Below, one piece after another: positions 9,618-14,435 of a DNA stretch of 32,000 nucleotides. A program made the position numbers and the translations under genes. Each line of letters begins with the position of its first letter. Position 1 is the stretch's first letter. The stretch comes from Fibrobacter sp. (lineage in GTDB: Bacteria; Fibrobacterota; Fibrobacteria; Fibrobacterales; Fibrobacteraceae), in assembly GCA_045599625.1 (NCBI GenBank), contig JAZRWJ010000002.1, forward strand, positions 3,222 through 35,221. Direction: 5' to 3'. The notes beneath the pieces are model-generated. The model did not search any database and was not told the origin of the DNA. It saw only the letters and a program-made list of their open reading frames with translations.

Positions 9618-10012
9618 GACGTTTATTCATTATTCGCAAGGATTTAAACCTGTCCCCGGGAAAACTTGCCGCTATGGTGGGGCATTGCGCCGAAGGTTAC
9701 TGGATGCAGTTACTCCTGCGAAACGAGCCAATTCCAGATGACATCCGCGAAGAGTATGTAAACGGAATCTTCAGAAAAATCATTTGCGGCGCAAAGGACT
9801 TGTCACACTTAATGAAAGTCGAAGCCACCGCAAAGGAACTTGGCTTTGTCGAAAACGAAGACTACGGTTTTATCGATGACTGGTGCTTTACCGAAATTAA
9901 GCCAGAATTCACAGACTCCCAGGGAGTCGGCAGATGCCGCGTAGGCATTTGGTTCAAGCCGCTTCCAGACGAAACCAGCAAACTTCTAAGCCGCAAGTAT
10001 AACCTGTACTAA
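9614..10012 (+). CDS. PTH2-family (archaeal/eukaryotic-type) peptidyl-tRNA hydrolase-like protein
   Basis: 132 aa. FIIRKDLNLSPGKLAAMVGHCA resembles the PTH2 core ([22 protein letters not shown] in human PTRH2). The C-terminus ...SRKYNLY resembles ...GHLKLY. The start overlaps the previous stop as ATGA (9614-9617). Confidence 0.7.
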   Translation: MRRLFIIRKDLNLSPGKLAAMVGHCAEGYWMQLLLRNEPIPDDIREEYVNGIFRKIICGAKDLSHLMKVEATAKELGFVENEDYGFIDDWCFTEIKPEFTDSQGVGRCRVGIWFKPLPDETSKLLSRKYNLY

Positions 10013-10029
10013 AATATGGAAATTTTAAA

Positions 10030-10755
10030 ATGACTACCGAAAATACAAAAACTATTTTCAAAGTTACCATAGTAAGATTATCGTCTTACGATGACGCAGC
10101 CGATTACGAGTTCAACGAAGAAGGTGAGCTCTCTTGTTGCGCTTGGAACAGTGAAACCGCTTTCTTTGATTCGCTGGACGAATCGGAATCTTTTATTCGT
10201 CAAGTTGCCGCACAAGTGCCCTCGGAAGATGATAACCCCATTCATCATTTTGAAGTAACAGAACTTCCGTTTGGCACATGCTTTCCTAGTTTTGAATGGC
10301 TTTCAAAACGTTCCTACCTGCCAAACGGAGAATTTTGGGAAAGCAATCCACTATCCACGCTGCTAACCGAAGGAGATCTTGATGTTTTTGAAGGTCGAGA
10401 CAGCGAAAATTGCCACTTCCGAGAAGGCGACATCGTTGAAGTTTATCGTGGTGATGTATATCTAGGCATCGTCAGTTTTCTTCCGCCATCAAAAAAATGG
10501 ATTGCAGAAACCCTTGAAAGAGTCAAGCAAGAACTTCCGTATAGCGCAAAGCGTAAAGGTGGGTACCCTCATTCGGATTATTCAGATGACTGCTACATGG
10601 TAGTCTACGCTTACAAGGATAAAGATGGCTCCATCCATCCCGACCATTCCCACCCCGATGTTTGCGATGTGTTCAAACCCTGTAAAAATGCCTCTGCGGA
10701 AATTGAACAGACACTCCGAAATTGCCTTGAAAGAAGTTCAAAAGGTGAATTGTAA
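10030..10755 (+). CDS. Hypothetical acidic protein (third gene of the SLOG-PTH2 operon)
   Basis: 241-aa ORF starting 17 nt after the PTH2 stop on the same strand. I recognise no family. It contains a beta-barrel-like motif, FREGDIVEVYRGDVYLGIV. Confidence 0.55.
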   Translation: MTTENTKTIFKVTIVRLSSYDDAADYEFNEEGELSCCAWNSETAFFDSLDESESFIRQVAAQVPSEDDNPIHHFEVTELPFGTCFPSFEWLSKRSYLPNGEFWESNPLSTLLTEGDLDVFEGRDSENCHFREGDIVEVYRGDVYLGIVSFLPPSKKWIAETLERVKQELPYSAKRKGGYPHSDYSDDCYMVVYAYKDKDGSIHPDHSHPDVCDVFKPCKNASAEIEQTLRNCLERSSKGEL

Positions 10756-10883
10756 ATCACTATAGGAAACAATATGACGAAGTTTTTTGACAGTTTTACA
10801 AATCCCAATTCCGCAACATACGGCGAACTGTACAGCAGCCACGCCTCAGGTGAAATCCTCCCCCGCCATATTGGCTTAAAAAC

Positions 10884-12218
10884 TTAAAACAAGCTCGTCA
10901 TATACACAGGCTTTAGCTCCAAGCCCTTATCATTGTCCACATCCTGCTGCGAGAACAAGATTCTACGACTAATATGGCGGCTGTACTTTTGGAAGAACGC
11001 ATCTATGGATTCATGATTCTTTGCAGCAGAAGACTTTACTTCTATCGCAATTAATTTTGCACGATCCTGAATTAAGAAGTCAACTTCATAACTGTGAGTG
11101 CTGTTATCTTTTTGCCAAGTGTGATAATACAAGTCCTTGCCCATTGACTTTATGGCCTGGGCCACTGCATTTTCATAGAGATAGCCAAGATTGGCAGGAA
11201 GCTTGTCTGCAAGAAGTTTGTTATAGATATCCTTATTCGTTTCTGTCCCGTCATTAAAAAGCATTGTAGTGAACAAGCCCGTGTCAGCAAGATAAAGTTT
11301 GTATGTATCCAAGGATTTCGTCTGTGCAAGACTTACACTTGGGTCATTCACATTGTGGCATATCATCACTGTTTTCGAATCAATCAAATCCGAAAGCAAT
11401 TCTTCGTCCTTCGTAGTACGCTTCTTGCCCACAGCCTGCGAAAGCATAAAATGTTTGCGCTTCATCGCCAGCTGACTCGGCACAGCGTTAAATATCATAG
11501 AAACCCTTCCGCTCGCATCAATTTTACGGAAGTCATCCATATACAGTTCCAAAATTTTCTTTTTGATAAAATCAATTTGCTGAAAATTTTTCTTTTGGAC
11601 AAACGCCTCTACAGCCTGCGGCATTCCCCCTACAGCCATATACAATCGAAAATCCGCCATCAACTTTCGATTTACGGCATCGCCTAACTTCTTTTTGGAA
11701 GCAGCCATTGACTTTAGGTTCTCGTAAATTCCTGCCCCATCTTCTTTAGTCGCCCATAGAAACTCTTCGTAGTCCATGGGGTACACATCTATCTTGATTT
11801 CTTCAGAGGGAATAACAATATTCTTTACATTCTTCTTGATACTGATCAGAGAACCCGTTTCGATGTAATCGTAACGACCATCCTTCACCAGGTGCTTAAT
11901 GGATTGTCTTGCTAACGGAGCAAGCTGAACCTCGTCGAATACAATTACGGACTCTCGACGATAAAGAGTCTTGCCCATGAAGCTCTGCAACCTTGCGAAA
12001 AACAAATCCAAGTCGCTGACATCTTCAAACAACGCCAGGACCTCTTTACGGACTTTGGAAAAGTCAATCAGGATATACGAACGATACTCGTTTTTGGCAA
12101 ATTCCTCGACAATCGTGCTCTTGCCTACACGACGGGCTCCCTGTAGGAGAGCCGCATAACTCCCCGCCCATTCCTTTTTCCATTCCAAAAGCCTAGAATA
12201 CGCCTTTCTCTTGAACAT
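10884..12218 (-). CDS. AAA ATPase, AAA_14 + DUF4143 family ('ATP-binding protein')
   Basis: 444 aa. Walker A is GARRVGKST and Walker B is VIVFDEVQ. Length and C-terminal region are typical of the DUF4143 family. Confidence 0.8.
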   Translation of the reverse strand: MFKRKAYSRLLEWKKEWAGSYAALLQGARRVGKSTIVEEFAKNEYRSYILIDFSKVRKEVLALFEDVSDLDLFFARLQSFMGKTLYRRESVIVFDEVQLAPLARQSIKHLVKDGRYDYIETGSLISIKKNVKNIVIPSEEIKIDVYPMDYEEFLWATKEDGAGIYENLKSMAASKKKLGDAVNRKLMADFRLYMAVGGMPQAVEAFVQKKNFQQIDFIKKKILELYMDDFRKIDASGRVSMIFNAVPSQLAMKRKHFMLSQAVGKKRTTKDEELLSDLIDSKTVMICHNVNDPSVSLAQTKSLDTYKLYLADTGLFTTMLFNDGTETNKDIYNKLLADKLPANLGYLYENAVAQAIKSMGKDLYYHTWQKDNSTHSYEVDFLIQDRAKLIAIEVKSSAAKNHESIDAFFQKYSRHISRRILFSQQDVDNDKGLELKPVYMTSLF

Positions 12219-12233
12219 AAAACCCCTTACAAA

Positions 12234-12317
12234 TCCATTTTTTCAACATAAAAATACACAAAATAGTCCATTTTTTCAACATAATTTAGGCAAAAACAAT
12301 CCATTTTTTCAGCATAA
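12234..12317. repeat. Three direct repeats TCCATTTTTTCA(A/G)CATAA, phased at exactly 33 bp
   Basis: Copies at 12234-12251, 12267-12284 and 12300-12317, with variable 15-bp spacers. They begin 16 bp upstream of the ATPase start codon (12218). Confidence 0.85.
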
Positions 12318-12330
12318 TCAAGCTTTCGTT

Positions 12331-12373
12331 GTGTGAAACATTTTCACGCAAAACAAGCATATTTGTTTCACAC
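12331..12373. promoter_or_regulatory. Inverted repeat, possible operator
   Basis: GTGTGAAACA (12331-12340) and TGTTTCACAC (12364-12373) form a perfect 10-bp inverted repeat 23 bp apart. An extra TTTCAC half-site lies at 12342-12347. Confidence 0.4.
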
Positions 12374-12460
12374 AAACAAGAAAAATCGACGCAAAACAGC
12401 CTAGTAAAGCTCAAATAATTAAGATCTTGACACTCCGGTATCAAGATTTTCTTAACCAAA

Positions 12461-12509
12461 ATTTTGACAGATTCCTTTTTTCACCTCGATATACAATACG
12501 AGGTAAAAC
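12461..12509 (+). promoter_or_regulatory. Promoter + 5' leader module (copy A) of the four-gene operon
   Basis: TTGACA (12464-12469), then GATATACAAT, then GAGGTAAAAC immediately before the ATG. By hand alignment, 44 of 52 positions are identical to 19909-19959. Confidence 0.5.
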
Positions 12510-12821
12510 ATGACTTCTCATGCAAATTTTAAAGAGGGCGAAATTTATCAAGTCAAACAGGGCGAAAAAACATACGACGCCGTGTTCTTGAAGACTTATA
12601 AAAACGACAAGTATTCCTTTATCTTTGGCGACAATCTTTTAGATTCAGACTATCCATTGACCGTAAATGGCAAGCCAATGTTGATTGCCAGCGCAAGGGA
12701 ATGTGTAAATCCTAGAACCATTGTTAAATGGACTAGAGTTACAGGAAGAACTGAAACTTATTACGAAAGGATTGTCTTCAAGTTCCCCGAAGAATCCAAG
12801 AAAAAGGTTAAGAAACAATGA
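12510..12821 (+). CDS. Hypothetical protein (103 aa)
   Basis: First ORF behind the promoter module. Contains the motif FKEGEIYQVKQGEKTYDAVF and has a Lys-rich tail. No family recognised. Confidence 0.55.
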   Translation: MTSHANFKEGEIYQVKQGEKTYDAVFLKTYKNDKYSFIFGDNLLDSDYPLTVNGKPMLIASARECVNPRTIVKWTRVTGRTETYYERIVFKFPEESKKKVKKQ

Positions 12822-13003
12822 AAGACGATGCAACGGCAAAGAAACAAGAAACGGAAAACGAAGACTCCGAAATCACTAAAGACGATTTGATCGATAGCGA
12901 TGATGAAATCACCTATACCGTTGAAGATGCAAGAAAATGGACAGAAAAGGCTTTAAGGGATTACTATGAAAAACATTATGGAGAACAAAGTTCCAAACGA
13001 TGA
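12818..13003 (+). CDS. Hypothetical highly acidic small protein (61 aa)
   Basis: Its start overlaps the previous stop as ATGA (12818-12821). Rich in D/E. Confidence 0.45.
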   Translation: MKDDATAKKQETENEDSEITKDDLIDSDDEITYTVEDARKWTEKALRDYYEKHYGEQSSKR

Positions 13004-13199
13004 TTCTGAAGAAAAGAATCCGTATCAACAGGTTTTAGATTTGCCAGAAGATTTGCCAATACCAATTGAAGAAGGTATGGAAATGGTTAAAGAGGCTTTA
13101 TTATGGCTGTCCCGCCATCCAGAAGAAGCTGAAAAAATTAGAAAGAGCAAGGCAAATCAAGCGAAGGCAAAAACGTCGGCACAAATACAGGAAAAATAA
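12966..13199 (+). CDS. Hypothetical acidic small protein (77 aa)
   Basis: Overlaps the previous ORF by 38 nt in the +1 frame. The start could also be the ATG at 12978. Confidence 0.4.
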   Translation: MKNIMENKVPNDDSEEKNPYQQVLDLPEDLPIPIEEGMEMVKEALLWLSRHPEEAEKIRKSKANQAKAKTSAQIQEK

Positions 13200-13229
13200 A
13201 ATGTCATCGCGAACGCCAAGGAGCCTCCC

Positions 13230-14114
13230 ATGACAGAACTATCAAAGCAGGCCAAAGAATTATGGGAACAGATGCTGAAAAAAAGCAAGGAAGAGGACGC
13301 CGGGATGTGGAAGCATCTCTCTGATGGCGAGATTACGATTCTTGCGCCTGAAGATCAAGATTTCACTCGGTTGCTTGACTATCTGTTGAAAGAGGAACTG
13401 AACGGAGTAACATTGCTAAATGACATTGTCAGGGAAATGTGTATCCAAGAAGTTTTTCACTACATACTGGAAGATGACTGCGATTTTCGAAAGCATTACT
13501 TGAAAAAAAGAGGCAAGGCGTTAGAGAGCGCTTACGATGTTTTTTTACGGTATTGCAAGCAGTCCATTGAAAACCTGACCTATGAAACAGATATCATGGA
13601 GGAGCCTTTCAAGCTCAAGTGCATCGCCGACGACGAAATGCGAAAGGTTCTGGAGAGCACCTTAACCGCAGCAACAGGGTACAACTATTTCGACAGGCTA
13701 GATGGAAAAGATGTGATCATCGCAGATAACTCCCTTTCGGAAAATGGAATATATTCGATGACAAAAGCGATAAGAAACGGTCATAACCCGCGTTCCATTT
13801 CAGTTCTCGCGTTTGATCCGAAAGAAACTGAATTGTCGATTCCGTCTGAATACCCGGAAAGGATTGAAAGAATTTTCCGCCTTATCAGCAAACTGTACGG
13901 CATTTACGACGAATGTGGCGTTGACACCATGACGCCTTACATGAAGCAAAAGCTCACAGAATGCAGAGCGCTCATCGAGCCTTATAACGATGACAGAGCA
14001 AATAGTTGCAAGCAAAGGTGCGATTGGCTGTTGAAAGAAATTCCGACGCTTGAAAAAATGAATCAAGGAAATTCCTGTAAAAAAAAGAACAGCCATGCAA
14101 TCTGGTGCGGGTGA
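13230..14114 (+). CDS. Hypothetical protein (294 aa)
   Basis: AAGGAG lies 6 nt upstream of the ATG. Long clean ORF. No family recognised. Confidence 0.6.
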   Translation: MTELSKQAKELWEQMLKKSKEEDAGMWKHLSDGEITILAPEDQDFTRLLDYLLKEELNGVTLLNDIVREMCIQEVFHYILEDDCDFRKHYLKKRGKALESAYDVFLRYCKQSIENLTYETDIMEEPFKLKCIADDEMRKVLESTLTAATGYNYFDRLDGKDVIIADNSLSENGIYSMTKAIRNGHNPRSISVLAFDPKETELSIPSEYPERIERIFRLISKLYGIYDECGVDTMTPYMKQKLTECRALIEPYNDDRANSCKQRCDWLLKEIPTLEKMNQGNSCKKKNSHAIWCG

Positions 14115-14126
14115 ACACATCCCTTA

Positions 14127-14155
14127 TTGACCAGGCCCCCAGGTTTATTTATATT
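14127..14155 (+). promoter_or_regulatory. Sigma70-like promoter inside the 13230-gene / R-M spacer
   Basis: TTGACC (14127-14132), exactly 17 nt, then TATATT (14150-14155). Confidence 0.4.
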
Positions 14156-14161
14156 CTTGAC

Positions 14162-14378
14162 GACATAGTTCAGTTTTGCGAAAGCGAGACTGAACGCAGG
14201 TTTTATTGAGTTTTCGACTCTTATTCGCTGACGCAGAAATTCACCACTTCAAAAGTCAATCCACGAATAAGGCGAGTGCTCACGTCCCGTTTGGGGCGTG
14301 GGCCGTTTGCGCCTATGGATTGATGGGTTGTGGTGACCCTCTGCGTCAATAGGTGCATTCGGTTCCACGCCTTTTTTT
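14162..14378 (+). ncRNA. Candidate structured non-coding RNA or regulatory leader upstream of the R-M gene
   Basis: Hand-folded helices: (a) a 12-bp hairpin at 14168-14195 capped by a GAAA tetraloop; (b) ACTC..TTATTCG (14217-14227) with CGAATAAG..GAGT (14264-14278); (c) CACGTCCC (14281-14288) with GGGGCGTG (14293-14300); (d) TGACGCAGA (14229-14237) with TCTGCGTCA (14340-14348); (e) GGCGTGG (14295-14301) with CCACGCC (14365-14371), followed by T7 (14372-14378). No convincing ORF. The boundaries are guesses. Confidence 0.3.
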
Positions 14379-14435
14379 ATTTGGTGTTCGACAAACCGAA
14401 AGCTCCCTAAAAGTGTTGAAAACGACACTTTTTCA

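Noticed and set aside
10857-10868. 12-mer CCTCCCCCGCCA shared with 17259-17270
   Set aside because: Dozens of 12-mer coincidences are expected in 32 kb, and the flanking sequence does not align.
10774-10887. 37-codon ORF (MTKFFDSF...) in the convergent spacer, which also contains a TTGACA/ACAAATCC promoter-like echo
   Set aside because: It is below any useful evidence threshold. It would overlap the ATPase stop, and no -10 box follows the TTGACA.
12234-12317. CRISPR array?
   Set aside because: There are only three copies, the repeat is 18 bp with 15-bp spacers (too short), it has no palindromic repeat core, and there are no cas genes in the window.
12234-12373. Iteron-type plasmid or ICE replication origin?
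   Set aside because: I found no rep/initiator gene, DnaA boxes or partition genes nearby. An operator or promoter-copy explanation fits better.
14162-14378. Retron msr/msd, or a known riboswitch or ribozyme
   Set aside because: The window has no reverse transcriptase gene. I also could not match any conserved riboswitch, ribozyme or tRNA-like core by eye. I kept it only as an unclassified structured-RNA candidate.
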